Below, piece after piece: positions 23,652 to 32,000 of a stretch of DNA of 32,000 nt; position 1 is the stretch's first letter; each line of letters starts with the position of its first letter. A program made the position numbers and the translations under genes. A model generated the notes under the pieces. The model saw only the letters and a list, made by a program, of their open reading frames with translations, searched no databases and had not been told where the DNA came from. The DNA is from Nostoc sp. JL34 (GTDB lineage Bacteria; Cyanobacteriota; Cyanobacteriia; Cyanobacteriales; Nostocaceae), in NCBI RefSeq assembly GCF_017114945.1, contig NZ_JABXKQ010000066.1, forward strand, positions 99,242 through 131,241, given 5' to 3'.

Positions 23652-25712
23652 ATGAATAGTCATTTACTAGATGGACATTATCGAATACTAAAAGTTCTCA
23701 ATGATGCGGAAAAGGGGAAAACCTATTTAGTTGAAGATGTTAATCTTCCTGACAGCCAATTTATAGTAAAGCAGTTACGTCCTCCTAGTAGCAATCCTCA
23801 AACTTTAACAATACTGCACCGCTTGTTTGCCAGTAAGGCAGCAACTTTAGAAAAGCTCGGACAGAAACACGATAAAATCCAAAAACTAATTGCTTATTTT
23901 GAAGAAAATGAAGAATTTTATATAGTCCAAGAATTCATATCTGGTAATCCTTTCAGTGACGAAATTATCCCGAAAGAAGCTCTGAGAGAAGACCAAGTTA
24001 TTACTTTTTTATCAGAAATATTAGAAAATTTGGTTGTTGTACATAGCTATGGCGTAATTCATCGGGACATTAAACCGACAAATATTATTCGCCGAGAATC
24101 AGATAAAAAGTTAGTTTTGATTAATCTAGGTACTGTTAATGAAGCCATTACTAATACCGTTGACAATCTCGAATATATGCCTATAGAACAAGTTAACGGC
24201 AACCTCAAATACAACAGCGATATATATGCTTTAGGGATAGTTGCGATCGCAGCACTGAGAGGTTTACCTGCAAACGAAATATCTAATTTGCGAAATCAGA
24301 AAAATCGACTGACGGGTGAAATAGTTTGGCGAAACAAAAATCTCAAAGTTAACAAAAAGTTAGCAAAAATTATTAATAAAATGGTGCGTTTTGACCATCG
24401 GAAGCGCTACCAGTATGCAACTGAAGTTTTAGACGATCTGAAAAAGTTAACAAATGTTGATGACGATCAGCAAAAACAGCATCAGAAAAAATTATTACTA
24501 GTTCTAACGGGAGTCGCTGGCTGTATCACACTTGTTGTTGGAGCGTTGCAATTTAGGTTGCCAAAACCTGTAAGTGACGCTGAACAGGCATTATACCAAG
24601 CGGGTGTAAATAAATATGATGCAGGAAACTATGAAGGAGCAATTGAAGATTTCAATCAGGTTATTGAATTAGATCCACAAAACGCTCTGGCTTATAATAG
24701 GCGAGGCGATGCTTATTATCGATTAGGAGACTACGAGCAAGCGCAAGCAGATTCTAGCCAAGCCATTTTGCTCAATCCTCAAGATGCTAATGCCTATTTT
24801 GATCGAGGATTTGCAATTTCTGAATTAGGTAAGTACAAAGAAGCGATCGCAGACTATACCCAAGCGATTAAGTTAAATTCTGAGAATGCTTATGCTTATT
24901 ATGGCCGGGGGTTAGCCCGTGGTCAACTGAAGGATAATAAAGGAGCAATTGGAGATTTTAGCAAAGCGATCGCTCTCAAACCTCAGTATACCGAAGCCTA
25001 CTTGCAGCGAGGGATTCTCCGCCGTCGTCTAAGACTTCCACAGGGAGCAATCCAAGATTTTGATCGAGTAATTAAGATTAATCCCAGTGACGCCAAAGCT
25101 TATTATCAAAGGGGTTTAACTCAATCTGTTAATAAACAAAAATATGCCGCAGTTAAAGATTATACAGATGCAATCAACATCAATCCCAAATATATAGAAG
25201 CCTATCTTAATCGTGGTGATGTTTACAGTGATTTGGGAGATAACCTTGAAGCTACTGAAGATTACAACACTATTTTACAGATTGATCCTAAATTTATTGC
25301 AGCTTATATTCACAGAGGTATTCACCACTTTTCTTTCGGAGATTATAAAGGTGCTATTGAAGATTACACCGCAGCCCTGAAACTAGATCCTAATAATATA
25401 GCAGTTTACAACAATCGTGGGAACGCCTATCTGGAACTGGGAAATAAAAAAGCTGCAAATCAGGATTATTCACGAGCGATCGCAATTAATGCTAACAATG
25501 CCTTAGCCTATTATAATCGGGGTGTAATTCGCACTAAGCAGAAAAATAAACAGGGTGCGATCGCAGATTTCAAAAAAGCTGCCAAACTATTCCAACAGCA
25601 AGGAGAAAAAGATAGTTATCAAGATGCACAGAGAGAAATTGCAATTCTGCAAAATAATTCTGCACCAGCACCAACTACTCGCCCGAAATCCGGGAAAATA
25701 GAAAAAAATTGA
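23652..25712 (+). CDS. Hanks-type Ser/Thr kinase-like domain (degenerate motifs) - TM helix - multi-TPR protein
   Basis: VIHRDIKPTNII catalytic loop and FIVKQL lysine are present. The Gly-loop reads NDAEKGKT and DFG is NLG. TM segment LLLVLTGVAGCITLVVGAL, then about 10 TPRs. Confidence 0.85.
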   Translation: MNSHLLDGHYRILKVLNDAEKGKTYLVEDVNLPDSQFIVKQLRPPSSNPQTLTILHRLFASKAATLEKLGQKHDKIQKLIAYFEENEEFYIVQEFISGNPFSDEIIPKEALREDQVITFLSEILENLVVVHSYGVIHRDIKPTNIIRRESDKKLVLINLGTVNEAITNTVDNLEYMPIEQVNGNLKYNSDIYALGIVAIAALRGLPANEISNLRNQKNRLTGEIVWRNKNLKVNKKLAKIINKMVRFDHRKRYQYATEVLDDLKKLTNVDDDQQKQHQKKLLLVLTGVAGCITLVVGALQFRLPKPVSDAEQALYQAGVNKYDAGNYEGAIEDFNQVIELDPQNALAYNRRGDAYYRLGDYEQAQADSSQAILLNPQDANAYFDRGFAISELGKYKEAIADYTQAIKLNSENAYAYYGRGLARGQLKDNKGAIGDFSKAIALKPQYTEAYLQRGILRRRLRLPQGAIQDFDRVIKINPSDAKAYYQRGLTQSVNKQKYAAVKDYTDAININPKYIEAYLNRGDVYSDLGDNLEATEDYNTILQIDPKFIAAYIHRGIHHFSFGDYKGAIEDYTAALKLDPNNIAVYNNRGNAYLELGNKKAANQDYSRAIAINANNALAYYNRGVIRTKQKNKQGAIADFKKAAKLFQQQGEKDSYQDAQREIAILQNNSAPAPTTRPKSGKIEKN

Positions 25713-25813
25713 AATTATGAATTACTTTGACATTTTATCTGTAGTTGTAGTCAAATAAATTATAGCTCAATATGAGTCACCGTGTTTTCTGACGACTCAA
25801 TTAGGATTGCTAT

Positions 25814-26794
25814 ATGCTAATTCTCCTGACTTTTTATCCAGATAACCTGGAAATATTCACTAGTAGAGATGTCGATACAGTACTGAAAAGAATTGATAGT
25901 TCTCAGAATATTTGGTTGCGCTGTATTCACTTCCGCGATCGCACTGGAACAGCCAGAATTATCAAGCACTTTGGACTCAATCCATCTCGTGTTAACATGA
26001 TTTTCAACCATTCCCCTCTAGGAATTGATGAAGACGTAGAAGATTGTTTGTTTGACAGCTATGAAATCCTAACTCCTCAAATAAAAAATCACGAGTTTGA
26101 GGTTGTGTGTGGCAATATTGTGGTTGGAAATAATTTCATCATCACTTTTGAAATTACTGAACTAAAAATTCTCAGCATTCTAGCTAATAATCTCCAAAAG
26201 CGAACTCTAGATATTCAAAAATTGGGAATTGACTATCTTTTTTATCTCATATTTAAAGATATTTTGAATAATTACGAAACTGTATTTAACTATATTTCTA
26301 GAAAACTTGATGATTTAGAAGATGAAGTTTTAGACAATTCCGGTGATGAATCAACGTATCAAAAAATTGCCACCATGAGGCAATCCACTCGTTCTGGACG
26401 CCGTAATTTTCAAAGCATCAAGTTACTTATGGCTATTATGGATAATGAAGATTTCCAATGGATCAGTCAGCCAGTGAAGGAACTATTCAATCAAGAATTG
26501 GTTCATCATGTTGATAAACTCTGGCAAGAATATCAAGCTCTAAGAGCCTGGATGTCAGAATTAATGGAAATTCAACGCGATAATATTGCTAGTAAAACCG
26601 GTGAACGAATTAATCGCCTGACTATTCTCTCGACCATATTCTTACCAATCACTTTTATGTCTGGTTTCTATGGGATGAACTTCAAATATATGCCGGAATT
26701 AGAGCAACCTTGGGCTTATCCTGTTGTGATATGCGTGATGACATTAATTGTGATTGGTAGTATTGTCTATGCTAAACAACAACGTTGGTTGTAG
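25814..26794 (+). CDS. corA: CorA-family divalent-cation channel
   Basis: 326 aa with two C-terminal TM helices flanking the signature FYGMNFKYMPEL (GMN motif). Confidence 0.85.
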   Translation: MLILLTFYPDNLEIFTSRDVDTVLKRIDSSQNIWLRCIHFRDRTGTARIIKHFGLNPSRVNMIFNHSPLGIDEDVEDCLFDSYEILTPQIKNHEFEVVCGNIVVGNNFIITFEITELKILSILANNLQKRTLDIQKLGIDYLFYLIFKDILNNYETVFNYISRKLDDLEDEVLDNSGDESTYQKIATMRQSTRSGRRNFQSIKLLMAIMDNEDFQWISQPVKELFNQELVHHVDKLWQEYQALRAWMSELMEIQRDNIASKTGERINRLTILSTIFLPITFMSGFYGMNFKYMPELEQPWAYPVVICVMTLIVIGSIVYAKQQRWL

Positions 26795-26818
26795 CATCTA
26801 TAAAGTTACGAACAAAAA

Positions 26819-26852
26819 GAACCCCGCCTGCTTGAAAAAGTCGGGGTTTTTA
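26819..26852 (+). terminator. Rho-independent terminator of corA
   Basis: AACCCCG (26820-26826) / CGGGGTT (26842-26848) stem followed by TTT. Confidence 0.6.
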
Positions 26853-26938
26853 GCCCGTCGGTGGAGAGCAAATCAAATAGGATTCCTATATATACTTTCT
26901 GTAAGTAGACTGAATCCACCCTAAAACGGTAAAAAAAC

Positions 26939-28447
26939 GTGAATTTACCATTGATTATTCGTGCTGAAGAACACAACGATAAAACAGCGATTCTCGTTCC
27001 GAGAGGCTGCGCCAACGCGACAACGGATGGAGCATTTAGCTATCAGGATTTGCTCCACACTTCCAGTCAAATAGCGACAAGTCTTCTTCAAAATGCAGAA
27101 GATTTACAGGAACAGCTAGTTGCCTTTCTCATCCCGCCTGGGTTTGAGTATGTAGCCACTCAATGGGGAATTTGGCGGGCTGGTGGTATAGCTGTACCTC
27201 TGTGTATATCCCACCCGCGACCAGAATTGGAGTATGTAATTACTAATTCGGGAGCATCGATTATTGTTGCTCATCCTAATTTTGAGGATATACTGCGAGC
27301 GATCGCTACTGAACACAATTTGCGATTTATCCCCACTTCAGAAACACTCCCATCTAATATTGGTCGCCTCCCAGAGGTAGATATCACTAGACGCGCCTTA
27401 ATTCTCTACACCAGCGGTACAACGGGTAAACCAAAGGGTGTAGTTACGACTCACCAAAATATTCAAGCGCAAGTTACTAGCTTGGTTACCGCTTGGGAAT
27501 GGACATCTAGCGATCGCATTTTACATATCCTGCCCCTACATCATATTCATGGAATTATTAACGTACTGACTTGTGCTTTATGGGCTGGGGCGGAGTGCCA
27601 TATATTGAGCAAATTTGATGCAGAAACCGTTTGGAACCGAATTTGTGACGATGACTTAACCCTATTTATGGCAGTACCAACCATTTATGTAAAGCTAATT
27701 GCTGCTTGGGAAACTGCCTCTATGGAACGCCAAAAAAGGATGTCAGAAGGCTGTGCTAAAATGCGTCTGATGGTTTCTGGCTCGGCAGCATTACCAGTTC
27801 AAGTTTTAGAAAAGTGGCAGACTATCAGCGGCCATTTTCTGCTAGAACGCTATGGTATGACCGAAATCGGTATGGCACTATCCAATCCTTTACATGGTGA
27901 ACGGTTGTCTGGATATGTTGGTAAACCTCTACCTCAAGTTGAAGTAAGATTAGTAGATGAGAACGGAGAGTTAGTTTCACCCGGAACCCCAGGAGAGATC
28001 CAAGTGAAAGGCCCTGGAGTGTTTCTAGAATATTGGCAAAACCCTGAAGCAACCGCCAAAGCCTTCCAAGATGGCTGGTTCCGTACTGGAGATACCGCCG
28101 TAGTTGAGAACGACAACTACCGAATTCTGGGACGGATGAGCGTAGATATCATCAAAACTGGAGGGTATAAAGTTTCAGCTTTAGAAATTGAAGAGGTATT
28201 GCGATCGCATCCAAATATTCAGGAATGTGCAGTGGTTGGGGTTGCTGATTTAGAGTGGGGTGAACGGGTGTGTGCCGCGTTAGTATTGCAAGGTTCACAA
28301 CCTTTAACATTACAAGCTTTCAGGAGTTGGGCAAAAGAGCGATTGGCTGTTTATAAAGTGCCAACCCAAATTTTGATAGTTGAAGAATTACCGCGTAATG
28401 CGATGGGGAAAGTGACTAAGCCGACGGTGGTTGAGCTATTTTGCTGA
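26939..28447 (+). CDS. AMP-dependent acyl-CoA synthetase/ligase (MatB/ACSF3-like)
   Basis: GTG start. AMP-binding signature LYTSGTTGKPKGV, plus GEIQVKGPGVFLEYW, WFRTGD and a C-terminal GKVTK lysine motif. Confidence 0.9.
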   Translation: MNLPLIIRAEEHNDKTAILVPRGCANATTDGAFSYQDLLHTSSQIATSLLQNAEDLQEQLVAFLIPPGFEYVATQWGIWRAGGIAVPLCISHPRPELEYVITNSGASIIVAHPNFEDILRAIATEHNLRFIPTSETLPSNIGRLPEVDITRRALILYTSGTTGKPKGVVTTHQNIQAQVTSLVTAWEWTSSDRILHILPLHHIHGIINVLTCALWAGAECHILSKFDAETVWNRICDDDLTLFMAVPTIYVKLIAAWETASMERQKRMSEGCAKMRLMVSGSAALPVQVLEKWQTISGHFLLERYGMTEIGMALSNPLHGERLSGYVGKPLPQVEVRLVDENGELVSPGTPGEIQVKGPGVFLEYWQNPEATAKAFQDGWFRTGDTAVVENDNYRILGRMSVDIIKTGGYKVSALEIEEVLRSHPNIQECAVVGVADLEWGERVCAALVLQGSQPLTLQAFRSWAKERLAVYKVPTQILIVEELPRNAMGKVTKPTVVELFC

Positions 28448-28567
28448 TAGCGATCGTTAACGCCCAATTGGGCTTGTCCTCTCCGAGATTCTTGTGCAGC
28501 ACATGAGCGGGTAGGCGGTGACTCACGCGCAGTTCTTGCAAGATTGACTTCGGGTTCTGAGCAAGAG

Positions 28568-28653
28568 GCCTGACAAGTCGATGAAGCGGACGGACGAAAT
28601 ATGTTGGTAAGGCTGCTGACGTTGCTTGCCGCCGCTTATCTTAGTCGTTAGAT
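28568..28653 (+). other. attC-like 86-nt imperfect palindrome, site 1
   Basis: Starts GCCTGAC and ends GTTAGAT (GTTRRRY). 12-bp stem gat-G-aagcgg-A-cgg / ccg-ccgctt-atc with two bulged bases on the 5' arm and unpaired spacers of 5 and 6 nt next to the terminal boxes. Confidence 0.5.
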
Positions 28654-28828
28654 TGCCAGATCACAGAAATTCAAAAGGCTTGATAGATCAAAATATGATC
28701 GCTCTTCCCTAACTGGTTCCTCACCTTTTTGGGGTATCCTTCGGTGTTTTGAGTGGATACCAGAAGAGGTTTTACTGGATAAGTGATCTCTTCGGATAAC
28801 ATGAGAAAGTCAACAGCTTAATGCCAAT

Positions 28829-29302
28829 ATGAGCGAAACTGTTTACATCGAAACCAGTATTGTTGGCTACTTGACTGCTAGACCCAGCAACAACTTGATT
28901 CTGATGGCTAATTTAGAAGCTACGCGGGAATGGTGGGACACACGTCGCGATCAGTTTATGCTCTACATTTCTCAAGTGGTTTTGGATGAAGTAGCACGAG
29001 GCGATACAGAGATAGCAACAAAGCGACTTGAAATAGTGCGTGATTTTCCTTTGCTTGAAGTAAGTGAAGCTGTTCAAAATTTAGCAGCACAATTTATCGC
29101 AAAAAGTAGCCTTCCACCGAAAGCCGCTGACGATGCGCTTCATATTGCTGCGGCTACAGTTTACGGATTGGACTATCTGTTAACGTGGAACTGTAAACAT
29201 ATTGCTAATGCTCAAATCCAAAAAAAGCTAGCCCAAATCAGTCTTGATGCCGGATACGAGTTGCCAACCCTTTGTACACCCTACGAACTAATGGGAGAGT
29301 AG
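28829..29302 (+). CDS. PIN-domain protein (VapC-like toxin candidate)
   Basis: 157 aa. VYIETSIV N-terminus, LDEV, ADDALHIAAA and LLTWNCKHI blocks sit where PIN acidic/Asn residues occur. Confidence 0.6.
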   Translation: MSETVYIETSIVGYLTARPSNNLILMANLEATREWWDTRRDQFMLYISQVVLDEVARGDTEIATKRLEIVRDFPLLEVSEAVQNLAAQFIAKSSLPPKAADDALHIAAATVYGLDYLLTWNCKHIANAQIQKKLAQISLDAGYELPTLCTPYELMGE

Positions 29303-29304
29303 AT

Positions 29305-29496
29305 ATGTGGAAAGATGAAATTCTTGAAGAGATTTATAGAATACGAGAAGAACATGCAAAGGCTTTCAACTACAACTTACAAGCAATTTGTGATGATTTG
29401 AGACAAAAGCAAGCTGCAAGTAATCGGCAGATCATTTCACAGCCACTCAAACAATCCAGTGAGCAAGATAGCAAGTCGCAATACCCAACTAACTAA
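29305..29496 (+). CDS. Small partner protein of the PIN gene (antitoxin candidate, unknown family)
   Basis: ATG at 29305 lies 2 nt after the PIN stop and is preceded by GGGAGAG. 63 aa, MWKDEILEEIYRIREEHAKAFNYNLQAICDDLRQKQ. The track ORF begins earlier, at an internal out-of-context start. Confidence 0.45.
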   Translation: MWKDEILEEIYRIREEHAKAFNYNLQAICDDLRQKQAASNRQIISQPLKQSSEQDSKSQYPTN

Positions 29497-29615
29497 AAGT
29501 TATCTGTTAGGTGTTGCGGTCTATCTGGGGTGAGAGGAAAGAGTTCTTGGTGTCGATTTAGTTGAAGTTTCACCAGAGGAAGTTCAGAAGGCGCTCCTTG
29601 GTTTTTAGCTGCCTC

Positions 29616-29701
29616 GCCTAACAAACGCTTGCACCGGACGGTCGATATACGCTGATGCTGAGTTACACTTTATCTGCCGTCGGTGAAGCTAGCCGTTAGA
29701 C
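29616..29701 (+). other. attC-like 86-nt imperfect palindrome, site 2
   Basis: Starts GCCTAAC (RYYYAAC) and ends GTTAGAC (GTTRRRY), pairing 6/7. 13-bp stem gctt-G-cacc-G-gacgg / ccgtc-ggtg-aagc with two bulged G on the 5' arm. Same length and orientation as site 1. Confidence 0.55.
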
Positions 29702-29762
29702 TACCAACCCGCATTATATCGAAGGGATTAAGCAATCAAAGAAGGAGCGCCTACCTAATTTC

Positions 29763-32000
29763 TCACCCCTTTGGTGTTTTGGGCGGACACCAAAAGAGAT
29801 TTTTACTAGACACACCAAGGGATTCCAAAATTCCTCGCATTACCTCTGTGCAGTACATCCAGTGTCCCAAATCGTCATACATGCGATCGGGATTAAACTC
29901 GACATTGTAATGCAGCACATTGGGAAGGTCTAAAAACTGATCATCGCTTTGGCGAGAAAGAAGCAAGAGATGAAATGGCTTCCCCTGGCATTGTTTTTCC
30001 AGCTTGTTCACCAAATCTATCACACCACCGCGATCGCTAATTCCTGTGCGGACAAAAAGTACTTTGTCGCAATGCCGCAGTGCGTACCAAAACCTTTCAG
30101 AGCGCGCTGTGTACCGAACGCGCATCCGTTCATGGACGGGAGACATATCGCCCGTTGGGTCGTCTGTCTCTTCAACTTCATGGGCAAAGGATAAACCTGA
30201 CCACTTACTATGGTAAATTCTGCCTGCTTCTAGGCTGTAGTGGAGGAAGGCAGGGTTCCACATATCAGCAAAACCGTTTTCGATCGCATCTGCAACATCT
30301 GCAATATTGGTGGTGCGTGTCAAATCAAAGGGAAAGGCGGGGCCATCATACTCCATTTTATACAGCATCATGCGGACGGCACAGCGATCGCCAAGGGGAA
30401 GAATCGCCACACGGCTGATATCCGATAATTCACATTTGTATCGGAAAAACACCGCAGACTTAGGTGGTGCTTTCACCCGGCTTTCTAGCCCATCCTTACC
30501 AATCATCATCGTGCGAAAAGGGACATCGGGATAAAGCGGATCTTCATAAACACCCGATGGCATAGCTTTAAGTGCGTTGCAAACCTCCGTCCACATCGGC
30601 TGGATGTTGTACTCGTTATCTGATTCGTTGATTATCCAGATGTGGCGATCGTCCGCTTGCAAAATCCCCAGATGTCCGTCATAGAATAAAACGTTGTTCT
30701 GCGAAAAGAGATTGAAGGCGGCGCTATATTCTAGATCGGTATTAGGGGGGATGTTTATTGTAGTTGCGATCGCGCCATCCTCTTGCACGGCAAAGAAAGG
30801 GAGTGTTCCTGGCTTGACAGACTTCGCAATGTAAATACCTGGTATCAATCCTGCCTGACTTTGTAGTACAGTTTGTAGTTTGTGCCAATAGGGAGCGATC
30901 GTGTAGCTGTATTGCGATGTATTAACAATCCGTAAACGCTTTTCTTCTATACAGACAGAGACATGAAAGCCTCCATTATCAAAGTAGATGGGAAATTCAT
31001 TCGGTTGCTGGAAGCGTTGTTTTTCTTTTGCTAATTCGTCTTTGTCGATGTCGAATAAATGGTGGTCGATCTGCTGATACATGAGGCTGTGACCGACTGT
31101 ATTCGGGTGAGCCTGATCAAATGATGTCCCCGCTTTCCATCGTCCTTGCCCATCATCCAGGGCTGTGAACCAATCCAGTACAGTCACGCCCCAACTTAGC
31201 ATCCGTTTGTGTGTGTCTCGGATCAGCCGGTAATGTTCTAAGGAATAATCACCGTTGGGATAGACTCCGCCTAGAATCGGGATTGCTCCGATGTCGCGGG
31301 TCATTTTCACAAGCTGCTGCAAGCCACTTTCAAACCGCCGCTGTACTGCCCGCCGTTCATGAGGGGAACAGTAAGCTAACCCTTCGTTACCCAGAGATAG
31401 GGCAATGATGACGATATCCGGTTTTTCTGGGGTGACAAACCAGGGGAATCGAGCGATCGTTCTGCTGACATTCGCCCCCACCTCCGACACATTTACGAGT
31501 TGATGCCCATATTTTTGCTGTAAAGCCTGTGCCAATAGCCAGACCCAACCTTGCAAAAACCAGGCTTTATGACCTAATGCAACGGAACTACCAATGACTA
31601 CGATTTTTAACCCTTCAGACTCTTCATCTAGGGGTCTTTTAACAGCAGGCTTCTCAAGGTATCCAAAGGGGTAAGGTTGTAAATAACCGAATGCACCATC
31701 ATCCACAATAATTGTGTTGGAATGATCCTTATGATCAACCGGAATCCATCGGTTTATATCTCCTAAGCTCTCCCATCGGGCGTTGCCGTTTGCATCGAGA
31801 AGCACGTACTTATACTCAACTCTTTGGAGATTGCCTGAGTCTTGAATGTCAATATCTATCCACCATAAAGGATAGCGATCGCTACTTGTACGCAGATTCA
31901 CACATTTTCTGATATCCCAAAATCCCAACTCTGGAGTAGAACCGACAAGACCAATGGATTCGCCCGTTTGAGTGTATGCACTGATCTGGAATCGATACAT
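29763..32000 (-). CDS. Multidomain protein: N-terminal CBM20 starch-binding module - SGNH/GDSL-like hydrolase - unknown middle region - C-terminal DUF1796 (papain-like fold) domain
   Basis: The ATG is exactly at the window edge. CBM20 pattern: GESIGLVGSTPELGFW...YPLWW...VEYKYVLLDANGNARWE..NR. SGNH blocks: VVIGSSVALG, LSLGNEGL, DQAHPN. DUF1796-like: ILPLGDRCAVRMMLYKMEYDGPAFPFDL. Confidence 0.8.
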   Translation of the reverse strand: MYRFQISAYTQTGESIGLVGSTPELGFWDIRKCVNLRTSSDRYPLWWIDIDIQDSGNLQRVEYKYVLLDANGNARWESLGDINRWIPVDHKDHSNTIIVDDGAFGYLQPYPFGYLEKPAVKRPLDEESEGLKIVVIGSSVALGHKAWFLQGWVWLLAQALQQKYGHQLVNVSEVGANVSRTIARFPWFVTPEKPDIVIIALSLGNEGLAYCSPHERRAVQRRFESGLQQLVKMTRDIGAIPILGGVYPNGDYSLEHYRLIRDTHKRMLSWGVTVLDWFTALDDGQGRWKAGTSFDQAHPNTVGHSLMYQQIDHHLFDIDKDELAKEKQRFQQPNEFPIYFDNGGFHVSVCIEEKRLRIVNTSQYSYTIAPYWHKLQTVLQSQAGLIPGIYIAKSVKPGTLPFFAVQEDGAIATTINIPPNTDLEYSAAFNLFSQNNVLFYDGHLGILQADDRHIWIINESDNEYNIQPMWTEVCNALKAMPSGVYEDPLYPDVPFRTMMIGKDGLESRVKAPPKSAVFFRYKCELSDISRVAILPLGDRCAVRMMLYKMEYDGPAFPFDLTRTTNIADVADAIENGFADMWNPAFLHYSLEAGRIYHSKWSGLSFAHEVEETDDPTGDMSPVHERMRVRYTARSERFWYALRHCDKVLFVRTGISDRGGVIDLVNKLEKQCQGKPFHLLLLSRQSDDQFLDLPNVLHYNVEFNPDRMYDDLGHWMYCTEVMRGILESLGVSSKNLFWCPPKTPKG

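Noticed and set aside
28568-29701. The two 86-nt direct repeats as a DGR template/variable repeat pair
   Set aside because: Differences between the copies are spread over all four bases and are compensatory within stems, not adenine-specific. No reverse transcriptase gene is present. Neither copy lies inside a coding region.
29949-31912. Eight plus-strand ORFs of 62-112 aa opposite the CBM20-SGNH-DUF1796 gene
   Set aside because: All are antisense to a 745-aa ORF with three recognisable domains. The Arg/Cys/Ser-rich translations are typical of the antisense of a relatively GC-richer gene.
1-32000. tRNA, rRNA, tmRNA, RNase P or group I/II intron signatures
   Set aside because: I scanned intergenic regions for T-loop (GGTTCGAATCC-like) and acceptor-stem patterns and for rRNA-like conserved blocks, and found none. 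The only GATCGAACC-like string (7227-7237) lies inside actP.

Overview
This is a 32-kb chromosomal segment from a filamentous, Nostocales-type cyanobacterium. The assignment rests on about three dozen HIP1 octamers (GCGATCGC, manual scan), STRR-like heptamer arrays, Nostoc-style MITE and small palindromic repeats, and a CcaA-type beta-carbonic anhydrase. I support about 26 protein-coding genes and found no rRNA, tRNA or CRISPR array.

Housekeeping genes: smc (5' fragment at the left edge), ccaA, yjcH-actP, a four-ACT-domain aspartokinase lysC, a CorA-family channel, an acyl-CoA synthetase, a DEDDy exonuclease and TPR proteins.

Accessory content, in order of interest:
1. 16093-18796: a small helical protein translationally coupled to an NB-ARC/TPR STAND (NLR-like) ATPase. 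The C-terminal motif of the small protein (QFGGDLDLGNV) recurs at the extreme N-terminus of the NLR (QVGGNLTTGDI). This is the signature of an amyloid-templated NLR/effector death switch and is my top candidate for the novel system.
2. 28568-29701: a PIN-domain two-gene module bracketed by two 86-nt imperfect palindromes with integron attC architecture, including compensatory stem changes.
3. 10207-15181: a split MprF locus. The synthase and flippase are separate genes flanking two exported esterase paralogues.
4. 8159-9550: an orphan 464-aa gene with its own terminator and a very AT-rich flank.
5. Smaller items: hicBA plus a Uma2 endonuclease, a degenerate Ser/Thr kinase-TPR protein, a secreted tandem Tudor-like protein, and a CBM20-SGNH-DUF1796 fusion.

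Several essential genes (smc, lysC) carry in-frame microsatellite or palindromic insertions. All calls come from reading the sequence and from remembered family motifs. No searches were run.
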